Notes: generated from the sequence alone by a model not told the origin. DNA of 61,870 nt, filler included, from Circinaria calcarea (GCA_051942165.1; 21 parts of 21 records of this genome joined end to end with filler, not necessarily neighbours in it); one strand, 5' to 3'; positions 10,833 to 23,693 are shown, counted from the first letter of the whole stretch. A program made the numbers and translations.

Positions 10833-11727
10833 ATGGAATCTCTCCCCCCGCCTCTTCCTGGTGGCGATCGGAACAGAGCAGATGCACTCCTTCTTATTTT
10901 CTGGGTACCATTCCCAATAGTCGTCTTAATAATTTCCCTTAGATTCTATGTCAGAATCTCCATAAAAAGTGTAGGGCTGGATGATTATCTTATGCTCATT
11001 ACGGGGGTAGGAAAGAGTAACTCAATCAAGCAATATCGTGGACTAACACCTTGAAAGATACTGTTCATATTCGTCCTCGCAATACTAACCCTAGAAATTA
11101 TGAGCGGGGGTGTGCGGCACATATATTATCTCAATCCCGTCCAGCTCGAAATTATCCTCAGGTATATTGCGATTAACCTGCCCTTTGCGATCATGTCCAG
11201 CGCCTTCGGCAAAGCATCGGTGGCTATCCTGATTTTAAGAATTATTGGGCCCAACACCTTCTGGCGAAAATGGTTTTTGTATATCAATCTCGGACTCTAC
11301 ATACTTACCAGTGCATTGAACTCCATTCTCGCTTTTTTCCGGTGCAGTCCAGTAGGAGCGTTGTGGGATGTGCGATTACTCCCGACGGCGAAATGCTGGG
11401 ACACTGCAGATTGGATCGGTTTTTCTATATTCCAATCTTGTAAGATGTTCCTAGGACGGGAAACTACCCAAACTGATCCGAGAAATAGCCTATGGCGCTT
11501 TCATGGATTTCGCTCTCGCCCTACTCCCCATCACGATTGTCTGGAACTTAAAGCTAGACATGAAGAAGAAGGCTGGACTCTGTTTGCTTCTTGGAACAGG
11601 AGTATTGTGAAAGGCCTTTTTGAATCCGTCTTGACGCATAGACACTAACTGCTATATAGCACGGGTATCTGTGCCGCCATTAAGACAGCGCTGCTCAATG
11701 ACTTTACCTCCCAAACCGATGTGACCT
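10833..11727 (+). CDS. PTH11-like (fungal rhodopsin-domain) integral membrane protein, multi-exon, 3'-truncated
   Basis: LRFYVR...GLDDYLM, GKASVAILILRI, RCSPVGALWD...CW, DFALALLPITIVWNLKL, GICAAIKT motifs; several GT-AG introns. Confidence 0.92.
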
Positions 11728-11855
11728 GTAAGTTTCGCATCTATCATAAGTATAGNNNNNNNNNNNNNNNNNNNNNNNNNNNNNNNNNNNNNNNNNNNNT
11801 TAATTAATTAANNNNNNNNNNNNNNNNNNNNNNNNNNNNNNNNNNNNNNNNNNNN

Positions 11856-12185
11856 ACTGCTGATGACTCCCTGGCCGGTGGCGGCCTTCATCCAGACTTC
11901 GACAACGCCGAAGAATATGTAGAAGTTGGATTGGATCGTTGGGGTCTCGCCTCGCATGGTGATGGCCATTCCGGCGCCATCGGTTCCGTACTGGACGGTG
12001 CCTCCCGTGGTGTTCCAGACAGTGGAGTCGGCGGTCGATTTGGAAAAATCAAAGGTGTAGTTCATGCCCAATGCGGGATTAGTGGGGCAGTTGGTGCTGT
12101 TCAGGGGATTGCAAGCTGTCCATGTTTGCGCTTGAACGACTGCAAGCAGCGGTGCGAGAAAAAGGAATGAGATCGTTGACAGCAT
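11856..12185 (-). CDS. crh1: GH16 Crh1-family cell-wall transglycosylase, N-terminal part
   Basis: Signal peptide, then QTWTACNPLNSTNCPTNPALG and PTIQSNFYIFFGVVEVWMKAATGQGVISS. Confidence 0.92.
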
Positions 12186-13047
12186 GGTGTTAATGAGTAG
12201 AAAGTAAAGAAATCCAAGGAGCGACTTGTGTAAAGCAGACGCAGCTACAGAAAAGGGAAGGAGGAAAAGTAAGGAAAGGAGTGTGTGGCAACTCGCACGA
12301 CGCTGTGATGAAGAATGAAGGTTGACGGGGCTTCACATACCTTCAAGAATGTGGATTGATATTCGAGTCCGAAGACTCGATAAGGGTTCAGATGAAAGGG
12401 AGATTGTGGGGGTTTCATCCGCCTATGCCCTGCGTTAGCGTGTTTACGATTGACGCCGATTCCCGAGGGCCAATTGATGTCAGGAGATGATACTCGAAAA
12501 ACTTTCTGATTTCACGAGACACAAAAGGTTGTTACACCTTCACCAGCAATGACCCCCTCCACCGTTTCGCATGTTTGAAACCCCTCTTTTTGCCGCCCTT
12601 ATTGCCCGACAACCCAGGCTGTGAGAACCTTTGTTGCCGCTTCTCATTGTCCGCCATATTATGCTGAGAAGTTTTTTTTCTTCAGTCCGGACACCTAGCC
12701 ATCTTCTAGCCCTTCAGCACCAAGCAGTGAATACTTCTCTACAACATGTACGGACCTGCTAAATAGGGTTTCATGAGATCCCGTGAAACTATGGCTATAC
12801 GACCCAAAAATTCTAGCTACTAACGCTCCACTGTTATTGACTTGTGTGTAGTAGCACGAAAGCTATAAAGTATCAGCTTTCGTCCTCGTATCCTCTTCAA
12901 CAAGAAGGGGCTGTCATGCAGACCGTTTCCAGTTCTTCAGTCGTATAAGAGATTTCCCTAGTCGTCAGCGTCCTTCAGACAAGTCTCCTTGAGAACTGCC
13001 TTCTGTTGCCCAGAGGCGTCCAGGTGTCTATAGACTAACCCATCACT

Positions 13048-13672
13048 ATGCGGTTGTCAATGCTTTTGAGTGTGATTGTATTGGCTTGCTATGCTGCTGC
13101 TCTCGCTCCCGTGACGCCACCCATTTTTCCACGGGATCCCGCTTCCGATCAGAAGTCTTGTATGGCTGTTCTATCAAGGTAAGTCAAGGGTGCTCTATGA
13201 GATATCCTTGCTAAAAGCGAGCATCATGAATGACACACTTTGTCTCATCTACAGTACCGTAACCCGCAGTCTCGAGCCAGATGCCTCCGTCCATCGACGT
13301 GGGAGGGTCAAACCCATTCTGAAATGCTCTCCCGGCAGTCTACTATGCCTTTGTGTTGACAGCACGCGCAAAGCGGTCGATAGCGTTCTGGTCAAAAAAC
13401 TCCTCACAGAGGCATACGCTCTTGCTGTGTCCAGCTCGCAACAAATGGGCACTGATTCCAAGGCCGGGCAATTCAGTTATGCGATCGGTTCTCTCAAAAT
13501 CAACCTAGCCATACAGGACATGGATCTCACTTGGGGCGAAGTCCGGAATATCCTTCGGACCTTGGATGGATATATGCGCAGGACTTCTTACGTCGAAGTC
13601 TACCTGGAAATTTTCAAGGGGAGGAGAAGGACGGGCGCCTGGGGGCATATCTTGGATCCGACTCATAGCTAA
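13048..13672 (+). CDS. Secreted hypothetical protein (~183 aa), one intron 13179-13254
   Basis: Signal peptide MRLSMLLSVIVLACYAAALA; a GTAAGT...CAG intron joins in frame to ORF 13190-13672; C-terminal LTWGEV..IL..L..YM motif. Confidence 0.8.
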
Positions 13673-13814
13673 CGGAGGAGAATACGGATTAGCTAGGTGA
13701 GAATAGCAGAAATTGAACATGGATCCACGTGCGACTACATGATGCACAAGACTATGAGAGTGACCCCTTTTTGTACAATTACCATCCCACCCCAGAAGTC
13801 TGTACTGGGAAGTC

Positions 13815-13995
13815 TTTGCGGGTTTCCCACACCCAAAAAAGCAATACTTCAGCGCTAAGGTTTCCCGCGCCAGAATTTTTGTAGCAGGGAAACTGTTCAA
13901 GGATTACCGCGCCGTTTCAGTTCCCTAAGATAGGCCAACGTCGGCTTCCCCACGCCAAGAGTTTCTCCGGCGCTAAGGGTTTTCCACGTAAAATT
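13815..13995. repeat. Dispersed degenerate copies of the GCGCTAAGG(A)TTTCCC(A/G)CGCCA motif
   Basis: GCGCTAAGGTTTCCCGCGCCAGAATTTT at about 13852, CGGCGCTAAGGGTTTTCCACG at about 13968, TTCCCCACGCCAA at about 13946; matches the units at 9866-10011 on another contig. Confidence 0.65.
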
Positions 13996-14816
13996 ACTTT
14001 CCTATGAGGGATTTCTATCACGTCCTTGAAGTGTCTGAGCTCCCGGGTCCCGGCTAGGAAACGAGCTGGGATGAATCATTCATCAGGCTTCGTGTGGTGG
14101 TCAAGTCTGGCGAGCCTCCTATTCCTTTTTCGATTAGGGAGGAAGTGCTGTATGCCGGACGCGTCAGAAGCCCCCAGGGCCCGGCTTTTTATACGAGAAA
14201 CTTGCCCCGGTAGCCCTAGAGATAAGATCGCATGAGTCTCCCTCGCGCTTTGCCTTACTCTTTAGTTGCTCCTCGATCCTTTTCGCCTTTGGCGCACATC
14301 TCCCTGAGAGAACACACTCTAACCTGTTACCCGGATTGGAACCTAGCAACCGCTACCCCATCCAATCCTGTACACAGACGCGTATATCAAAGGGGGGCCC
14401 ATCTATGCGTTTCCCCCCCCTCTTTTTTTACTACCTTGGCGACCCGGTTTTCTTTTGCTCTTGATGCTACCTTGTTTCTCCCGTTTCCGAATGGAGTCAT
14501 TCCTCTGCCGTTTTCATCTCGAACAACAGCGGGGGCTGACAAAGTTGCCTCTCTCACACATCCCTCCCTTTTTTAAAAACGATAGACGTACGATGGACGA
14601 AGTTGAAAACCCGTGTATCGTATTCTTCACATTCTACCATCTAGTAACACACCTCGTTTTGGCGACTTCCTTCTCCTCCTCTCCAACTACAAGTATTACC
14701 CCCCTTACATGTTAGGNNNNNNNNNNNNNNNNNNNNNNNNNNNNNNNNNNNNNNNNNNNNTTAATTAATTAANNNNNNNNNNNNNNNNNNNNNNNNNNNN
14801 NNNNNNNNNNNNNNNN

Positions 14817-15397
14817 GGTTTGATCCTTGGCCAGGAAAGTCGAGAAGGTCGAGGGAGTTTGATCCTTAATCGGCGCTGTAGAAGACGGCTTGTCTTTTGC
14901 TGATACATTGGAGGGTTCCTCACTCGATATGGAGGAGATAATTGCATCTATGAAGGCATAGTCTTGTCAGCGATCCGCTCAACACACGCCAGCACATACA
15001 GAGGAAGGTAGAGTCGAGAGTAGCTAGATCTATCAGATCCTTCCGCACTGGTGCATCAGAGAGTGTTGTAAAGTATAGAGTGTAGTAAGTGTCATCTATT
15101 CGTCCGCTCGATGAAACTATCCAACCAACAGATGGCCTGGACTGCAATGGTGATATATTCGGTGGTCTGATCTTGGCTGAAGAAAGCAACAGCTACCTAC
15201 CATTATACGTTCGACGGTAAATTTTGCCACCTGGTCGAGGTTAGCATTTCATCCATCCCAGAGAGTACGCTGCTGCTTCAAAGCAGATTGAATGGAAACC
15301 ACTGAAGGCAGATGGACTGCTTACCCCTTGGTTGAGTTGCAGCCGAAGTTACTGGCATGACGAGGACCGCCAGATTCAGATACCTGAGGAGGTGCAT
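14817..15397 (-). CDS. Putative secreted hypothetical protein, multi-exon, 3'-truncated
   Basis: Signal-like MHLLRYLNLAVLVMPVTSA; GTAAGC and GTATGT introns with branch sites. The second junction is unresolved (TAG near 15193). Confidence 0.5.
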
Positions 15398-15976
15398 GAT
15401 GAATGGACCGGGCTTATCCAAAGATGCAAGAAGACGAGCTGGATGCAGATCGTGGGTGGTGGTGCTGCTACACAATCAAACGAGTGACTGTAGAGAGTGT
15501 TGGACGAAAGAGCAGATGAGTAGAATGGGGAAGAAATAAATCCTTTGATGACGAAGGAACGGATCTAGTGGGGACATTCGGTCACACATTTCTCAGGAAG
15601 CAGAGACTTTGTCCCCACAGAAATAACCGTGGACTCCCACTCAGTAGGGCAAAACGGTTGGGGTTCCGTATTAGGTAGGGAAGTCACTTCCCGAGGCTAA
15701 TCAGAAATTTCTTCATAGAGAGTAAGTGGACTAAGGAGGGGGAAGTCTGCATACACGTCGCTGCCTCTTCCCACAGCTGCTCGGAAGATTGTAGGGCCCG
15801 TTAGCGCCGTTTACGAAGACAAAAAGGCCAGTCTCCTTCGCCCAATTCCTTCCTTTCTACCATATCCATCAAACACAGCAGCATTCCGAACAACAGCCTT
15901 TCGCTACCAAATTCCCTTGCTCACTTAGCTCTTCAAACTTACGTTCGCATTTAGTCATCAACAACATCTTCGCACC

Positions 15977-17057
15977 ATGCACCTCATCAACTTCATCGCC
16001 GTCGGTTTGACCATGGCCTGCCTCTCTGTGCTGGGTAAGTTTTCTCAACATCCATCTCATAGACTCTGGACATGTAGCATCTCTTGTCTGGATAGGAGAC
16101 GGAGCCTTGGGTGACATTTTTCCGTGGTGCCGGACAATACTTTGGCCGGTGCGCTGACACGTGCTGTCCATCAGGATTCGTCAAGCCGGAGACTCTTGCT
16201 GCTAAGGACACAGTTACCTCTGCCCTTGGGGCTCAGGTCGCTCATCTGGGTATGGAGAGCCTTCTTTCCACCTCAAGATCTCTGCAGCTAACGCGTCTTT
16301 CTAGATTCTCGTGCTCTTGCGCAGAATGGTCGGTTTTTCGCGTTCACGAGCCACGTGACCCACAAATGACGAACGCCAACTTACCTTTGCTACAGTCAAG
16401 ACAGTTGTCTATACCGTTGCCTACGGGCCTGGCCCGACCTCGGCCATGTATCGTACCGATAAACGCGAGATCAATGAACCAACTGATCCTAAATATGAGG
16501 CTGGCACCACCGGGTCTAACGCGTACCTGAAACGCGAGGGTTAGTCTCCTGTAACCTCGAGTACGTGAAGCAGCAATGAACACTAGCTTACCATCATCAC
16601 AGTAGAGACTGTCACCAAAACCGTCACTGTCATTCCGGATTTCTGTAGTCCTCTTCTTCCCGTCGGCGTCACCACTGGTTTTGCCAACATCTCTTCATCC
16701 ATCGCCTCGATCGTCATCAGCACCCAGACAATTCCACCTGTCTCTGGTACTTTCAACTTGACAGCCACTCCGTCAGTTCCTGCCGTCATTGGAACAACCA
16801 CGTTGACCGCTGCGACCAACACTCCCAAGATGACTGGCAACACCCTGGTGATGACATCAACCAAGACAGATGCTTCGTCAATCTCATTCATTTTGGGCAC
16901 TACTTCGTCTTCGATCATCAAATCAACCTCCACGACATCTGCCACTGTTCCCACGGCTACGCCCACTTTCGCCTCCGGTGCTAGTGGTGTTTCCTTCCGT
17001 ACCTTGGCACTGTCGGCTATGATGTTCTTGGCTTTTTGTGCCATCCTCACGATGTAG
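15977..17057 (+). CDS. Ser/Thr-rich, probably GPI-anchored cell-surface protein with several short exons
   Basis: Signal peptide MHLINFIAVGLTMACLSVLG; successive short introns 16015-16500; Ser/Thr-rich last exon ending SGASGVSFRTLALSAMMFLAFCAILTM*. Confidence 0.8.
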
Positions 17058-18221
17058 TCTCAGCGACTCAAGACGCCATGGAGTATGCCTGCTGGCTACA
17101 TACGGCGTCATAGCAGTGGAATATGTGTGTGGATTTCTTTCCTTCTTTTCTCGTGGAAGACTGGCAGAGATGAAGTGAGATGTGGTGGTGGTGTTGATTT
17201 GTCTCTGCGGTCTGCGCTGCTTTTGCTCCATGCAGTTGATTTGTTTTCTTTTTACTTTGGCACGTCAAGGGATGTATTCTCAGTCTGAGGGAACCCGTCA
17301 ATCTGTAACGTAGCTTAGTAGAAGAAATTCAATCACTATTTCCTCTCTTTGACTCTCTTGAAGGATTTGACGTGACCAAGTGAGAGTATTGACTTTGTTT
17401 CATATCGTAGGTGTGAAGAAAGAAACGTTAGGGCTTCTTGCAAGCGAGGGTCACGTGCCCATAATTCTTCCCTCCTTTGTAAGTGAAATGAGAAACTTTT
17501 CACTTTTCGCAACTCCTTACCCGGTACCCCCTACCTGACTTGATAACGAAATATGGGTGTCTGAGTATGGGTGTCTCGAATCGATATAGAGAGAAGGGGG
17601 CGGAGGGGGAATAAGGTAAGCTGATGAGTGAGTCAGTAAATGAATGGATAAATAAGTAAAAAGGGTATATATATCAGNNNNNNNNNNNNNNNNNNNNNNN
17701 NNNNNNNNNNNNNNNNNNNNNTTAATTAATTAANNNNNNNNNNNNNNNNNNNNNNNNNNNNNNNNNNNNNNNNNNNNTGCTGGTCACACATTGGATCGAG
17801 CTGTTTGGGCTGAGTATTTCTTCAGATAAGCTATCACAATAAACTTATACTTTTGGCACAAATCGGCTCTATCCCTACCTGCAACTCATCTACCACCTCT
17901 ACTACCTCGTGCATCAAGCGTTCTACTTCGTAGGTATCAATCGTCCGCAGTATCAAGAATAAAACAAGGTGGCTAGGGGTAATTGCCTCGCTTAAATCTT
18001 AGCGTGGTAAGGCTGATAGGGTTTGCGAGATTATGAGGGATTAGTACACTTTTGAGGGACAATATCGCTAATCTCATGTATAACAATACTCTATCTAGCA
18101 GAATGACACATGAATTCCATGTTCATACGATTTACCATGATGGCGCTGTACCAGCCGCCCCTCCTTCCAACAACCAACCAAATGCGCCGCAAAACGCAAA
18201 GGCGTGAAAGCTGGGAGAGCT

Positions 18222-18282
18222 GAGAAGAAGAGGGAGAAGGATAAGAAGAAGAGGGAGAAGAAGAAGAAGAGGGAAAAGAAGG
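18222..18282 (+). repeat. GA-rich imperfect (GAA)n/GAGG low-complexity tract
   Basis: gagaagaagagggagaaggataagaagaagagggagaagaagaagaagagggaaaagaagg. Confidence 0.7.
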
Positions 18283-19083
18283 TTGGGGGAGGGAATCCAA
18301 TGGAGGTTGCGATATTAAACTGGATGGTAGAACTTTAGTATAGGGTTTGGCTATAGGCCCATGGTCCCATGGCTGCTGCTGAATGTTCTCCAGAAGTTCA
18401 CGAACTCTCAGCACTTGGATAGACAGACCTACATTGCGCAGCTACAGCATATTCAATTTGTAAATCAAGGGGCAAAGGTTGAAGGGCTTGAAATGGGGTA
18501 ATTGCTACACACATGTGAAGTGAAGACCAGGAATTTATCCCGGTCCTCAAATATACCTAGAACAGTCTCTCCTTGGCCTTACATGAGTAGTAATTGTAAA
18601 GTGAGAGCTGCCACCGTAGACTTGAGACTGCTCGTAGTCAAGGGTGGATCGAGGAACCCCCCCCTAATGTTTGAAGGGTCTTCACAAACTCTAGTGACTC
18701 TGCAAACGGAAGATTCTAGAACTTTCCACCGATCCCGACGATTGGGATTGGGGTGCTGGCGACGTCACAGGCCGAGATATGAGCAACCAAGGTAATGTCC
18801 AACGTTTTGATGGACTGATCACTCGTTTGCTCCGTTGCAACACTCAACGCTTGGGGCTTACAGTCTGTAGATAGCATTGGGGTTAGATTCCTTAGCCACT
18901 GGGCGAACCAACTTTTATGATCATTAGCAAACTTCACTGAAAGTCCAACACCGTTTCTGATCAGTCAATTCAGTTGCACTGCCACTCTACCAATTGTAGC
19001 CTACAATTATCTCGCCTTTACACTCACTTTTCGGATCTCTACGGCTGTCAGGTTAACTCTATTCACCTAAACAGAAAGCCGAT

Positions 19084-20309
19084 ATGGTTGCAGAAACTAG
19101 ACTCTATGATTCACTGGGCGTTAGCCCATCGGCCAGTCAAGAGGAGATTAAGAAGGGTTATCGGTAAGCCTAGATAGGAGTCTTTAGCCGGTTTACGATC
19201 GAACCATGTCAGTCACATGTACTGACGGCTAGTGCAGAAAAGCAGCTTTGAAATGGCACCCCGACAAGAGCAAAGAGCCCGGTGCCGCTGAGAAGTTTAA
19301 AGAAGTGTCCCAAGCCTATGAGATCCTCTCCGACCCCGAGAAGCGCAAGGCCTACGACCGGTATGGTCTCGACTTCATACTCCGAGGAGGTCAGGAAGCT
19401 CCCCCTGGAGCTGACGCAGCAGGGGGCATGCCATTCGGAGGCGGAATGCCCGGAGGGTTCAATATGGGTGGGATGCCCGGCGGTACACGAACCTTTCATT
19501 TCTCAACGGGTGGTGGAGGGGGTGGAGGGTTCAACTTCAGCGATCCGGGAAGCATATTCGCAGAATTCATGAGGCAGGGAGGAGGAGGGATGGGCGATGA
19601 GGGTGACATCTTTGGGAACTTGGGTGGAGGTGGTATGGGTGGAATGTTTGGTGGACCAAGCGGTTCGAGGAGCAGACAATCCAACGGAAGGATGAGAGAA
19701 CGACCGCCAAGCCCTGAAGTGACGACTGTTGACCACGTTCTACCCGTCAGTTTAGAGGATATGTACAAGGGCGCGCATAAAAAGATGAAGATCAGGCGGA
19801 AAATCATTGACAACATGACGGGAAAGAGAAAGTTGGAGGAGAAGATAGCGGAGATGGATATCAAGCAAGGTCACAAGGAGGGGACAAAATTTACGTTCAA
19901 GGGCTGGGGAGACCAGGATGAAGAAGGTGGCACGCAAGATCTCAGATTCATTGTCTCTCAGGTAAGCCGCTCTTTCGATCCATCTACTGGACTCAGCCAC
20001 TAACACCATGAGTAGAAAGATCACCCTGTATTCAAGCGGGAAAACGATGATCTGCGAACCACTGTCGAGTTGGACCTGAAGGAAGCGCTGACTGGCTGGA
20101 AACGGACTATCACGACCATCGACGGCAGACAGATCTCGGTCTCGGCTGGAACACCCACTCAACCAGGACACGAGATACGATATCCAGAACTGGGCATGCC
20201 AAAGCAGAAGAAACCCACCGAAAGGGGCGACATGATGGTACAAGTCAAAGTCAGATTTCCATCGAGTCTCACAACGGCGCAGAAGGAGAAGCTGAAGGAA
20301 ATCCTATAG
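19084..20309 (+). CDS. SIS1: Type II Hsp40 co-chaperone Sis1/Psi1, complete, 2 introns
   Basis: [13 protein letters not shown]...[11 protein letters not shown]-domain, G/F- and G/M-rich linker, C-terminal LKEALTGW...[14 protein letters not shown]. Introns about 19164-19237 and 19962-20014. Confidence 0.97.
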
Positions 20310-20736
20310 ATGACTGATGAATGATGGGTGTCGGGCGTTGTCTACTGTTGCTATTGGGGCGGCACTCTGATATGCATGCATAGCTTATGCAGATCCTCCT
20401 TCGTGAGAGAATCGGCCATTGTTTTCGGTAGCATGTCTCATCAACCTCGAATAGATAATTGAGGTATAAGTCCTGACAAAAGTAATCATGCTTTCCATGT
20501 ATGTAATACGTAACGCTCAATACTGGTCATGATATACTATTGAAATGGCGTTAGATGCCAGTTCGCAATGCTATACTACAGAGACCTTCCATTCCATCTG
20601 AACCCATCACTCCCCCTCCCCCCTAAACCCCCCTTCNNNNNNNNNNNNNNNNNNNNNNNNNNNNNNNNNNNNNNNNNNNNTTAATTAATTAANNNNNNNN
20701 NNNNNNNNNNNNNNNNNNNNNNNNNNNNNNNNNNNN

Positions 20737-20776
20737 ATATTCCTCATTAGGCCTCAAGGATTGCAGCGCCCTTACA
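20737..20776 (-). mobile_element. LTR-like family 1, copy C (terminal 40 bp at the contig edge)
   Basis: Exact reverse complement of 44435-44474. Confidence 0.85.
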
Positions 20777-20789
20777 CTGAGGGTATAAA

Positions 20790-21780
20790 ATAATATAGGC
20801 ATGAAATATGGTATGAAACGGAGTATAATATGAAGTATAGTATGGAGCATAGCATGGAGCATAGAATAGCGAAAGCACGTAGTATAGCATAGAAAGAGCA
20901 CGCAGCACAGCATGGATCATAATATAGTAAAAACACGCGGTATAGAATAGCGAAAGCACGTAGCATAGCATAGAAAGAGCATGCAGCATAGTATAGAAAG
21001 AGTATATAATATAGTGTGGTGGAGTCAAGGCGACTAGTGACTGGGCGCGCATATGGAATGGGCAGGCAGGCATGGAGGACTCGGCATCCTACGCAGATAC
21101 ACACCTTTGACATATATAGTATAGCAGAATAGCAGTCAGAAATGCAGTACTGATACCGTCCGATCTTCTTCCTATATATGCACTATACTGTAGCAGTCAG
21201 TTCATGCCATATACTTTCCGATTCTTCACTATTCAGGCTCCCATTACCTATTCTCGATTGCGTCTTTGCCTATACCTTAGGAGCATAGCGGAGCACCTTA
21301 TATCCTTCACAATAGCATAGAAAGAGCATATAATATAGCACGGAAAGAGTATGCAGCATAGCATGGAATAAGCATGCAGTATAGCATGGAAAGAGCATGC
21401 AGTATAGTATGGAAAGAGCATGCAGTATAGCATAAAGCATAGCATAGCAAAAACACGCAGCATAGCATAAAGCATAGCACACAGCATAACATAGAGCATA
21501 ACACGTAGCATAGTATAGCTGGCGGCATAGCATGGAAATGGCACGTAGCATAGCTCGCAGCATAGCATGGAAATAGCACGTAGCATAGCACGCAGCATGA
21601 TTTATCACGTAGTATAGCATAGCACGTAACATAATATAGCTCACAGTATAGTATAGAAAGAGCACGTAATATAGCATAATTCGCAGCATAGTATAGCACG
21701 CAATATAGTATAACTCGCAGTATAGCATGGAAAGAGCACGTAGCATAACACGTAGTATAACATAGTATAACAAGAAGCAT
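20790..21780. repeat. TAGCA/GCATG-based satellite (~22-bp higher-order unit GCATGCAGTATAGCATGGAAAGA), interrupted by a solo LTR
   Basis: Near-identical to 52685-53071 over about 110 bp on each side of the insertion. Confidence 0.9.
21015..21311. mobile_element. Solo LTR (297 bp), family 2, with 4-bp TSD ATAG
   Basis: TGTGGTGGA...TCCTTCACA (TG..CA, 7/9 inverted); ATAG at 21011-21014 and 21312-21315; the uninterrupted paralogous site is near 52860. Confidence 0.88.
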
Positions 21781-22205
21781 AAAAGTTAGTACGCTACGCT
21801 GAATATAGTAGATTTTTTTCCTATTCGAGCGAAAAACTAGGCCTAATTGAGCGAAAAACTAGGCTCGATTAAGCGATAAGCTAAACCTACTAAGGTAATT
21901 TTTGCGGCCAGAATGAGAACACCGTAAAATTTTAGTTCGGTTCGGAAAATCTTGCGCCGAAGTTAAACCCTTCCACTCATTCTTCGTTTCAGGGCATTAA
22001 AATGAGTCTCGACTAAACTTGATATGGGTATCTTGTAACTTTCCATTGAGTCATCCGTAAAATATGATGCAATGCGATGCGATGATGGTATATCTCCCTC
22101 TCTTTCCCCCTTTTCCCTTTTCCCAGTCACTAAAATGCAATATCAATACCAACCGCCCTTTACCCTTACCCCCTAATCCTTACGGTCCGGAAAAGAAAAA
22201 ACCCC

Positions 22206-23593
22206 CTATTTCTCCGTCGGACTATACCGACTCATCCTCCTTATCCTCTTCCCGTAAATAAAAAACAGAACCGGAACCGGAAACATGACGACGGTGAGAA
22301 ACCCTAGTAAACTCGTCGCCCACGGTACACCGAGATTGTGATACATGGCTGTTGCAAACAGCGGGAACCCTGCGCCCGCTAGCGACCTGATCAGTGTGTT
22401 TGCGGCAATGGCGGAATTGGCGTGCATGAGATAGACGTCAATAATATAATTGAGTCCCTGGATGAAAATCATGAGGATACCCGCTCCGATGGGGATACCG
22501 GCTAGGACTTGAGGAACCCAAGTGATATGCGGAGACGAAGTCCACGCGAACCAGAAGAGACCGATTGGAAGAATGGCGGCGCCGACGATCATGGGCGGAA
22601 GACGTTCTTCGGGGATGACGTGACCGTGTTTGATGAGTTTGCGTTGGAAGCGGGTTTTAGTAACAACAGCGACAAAGGTCCCACCTAACAGGACACCGAC
22701 TGTGATTCCAAGAAATGGAAGAGCGCCAACGCCTTCGTTCCAGCCTCGCTCTTCTTGGAAGGAGATGGGATAGGCAGTAAAGAAGAGATAGAGGATTCCG
22801 TAAATGAGACCCATGTAGATGGTGACGAAAACGAGAATGGGTTCGACGATGAGCATGTGAAAGGGGCGGAAGAGATACTTGACAACGATTTCGTGCAAGT
22901 CGATTTGTTGCTCGTCTATCTTAGCGCGGATCGCCCAGTTCTTGGTCTCGTAGCGGATTTTCTTCGCGCGGCGTTGGAGGAGTACCGGAGCGTAGCTTTC
23001 TGGGACACAGATTAAGGCGATGACGGCGAATAAGGCGTTCATAATCAGCGTGATCCAGGCTGTCCATCTCCAGCCTAGGGAGCTTTGAGTGATGAAGCCG
23101 CCCATGATTGGTCCAGCAACGGGTCCGATAAATGTGGCGGCGGCGAATACGCAGATAGCAACGCCTCGGTCAACAGGATTCCAGAAGTCAGCGAGGGCAC
23201 CACCGACGATTGCAAGAGGTGCGCATCCAAAAAGTCCTCCAACGAATCGAGCTATCAATATCGTGTATAGGTTTTGCGCGGTGGCTACGGGAATCTGGAA
23301 GATACCAAAGACGATGAAGCCGAAGAAGAGGGGGCGAGTCCTTCCGTACAATTCACTGAAAGGACCCCATACCAAAGGACCAAAGGCAAAGCCCTATTTC
23401 TGTTAGCCAAACAGGCTGACCTCACAGCGTAAACAGCACCCACCAAAACAAACAGCGACGTTCCCAGTGTGGTAACCTCTGGCGAAACACCATATAGTCT
23501 TGCCGTCACTTGTGTCGCTGTACTGAAGACACTGCTCGCAAACGTAATCACAAAAGTCATCAGCGACAGCGACATGGTGACAACATATTTCTT
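22206..23593 (-). CDS. MFS drug:H+ antiporter (DHA1, Tpo1/Flr1-like), 5'-truncated, one intron about 23443-23394
   Basis: WGPFSELYGR, RFVGGLFG, GWRWTAW, PESYAPVLL, PEERLPPM, NYIIDVY..ANSAIAANTLIRS motifs. Confidence 0.96.
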
Positions 23594-23693
23594 NNNNNNN
23601 NNNNNNNNNNNNNNNNNNNNNNNNNNNNNNNNNNNNNTTAATTAATTAANNNNNNNNNNNNNNNNNNNNNNNNNNNNNNNNNNNNNNNNNNNN

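Noticed and set aside
20610..20636. C-rich contig end as a telomere
   Set aside because: Only one CCCTAA and no tandem array.
20689..21780. Long Cys/Tyr/Met-rich ORFs (also 52489-53061)
   Set aside because: They are translations of the TAGCA satellite, open in several frames at once, with no sign of coding.
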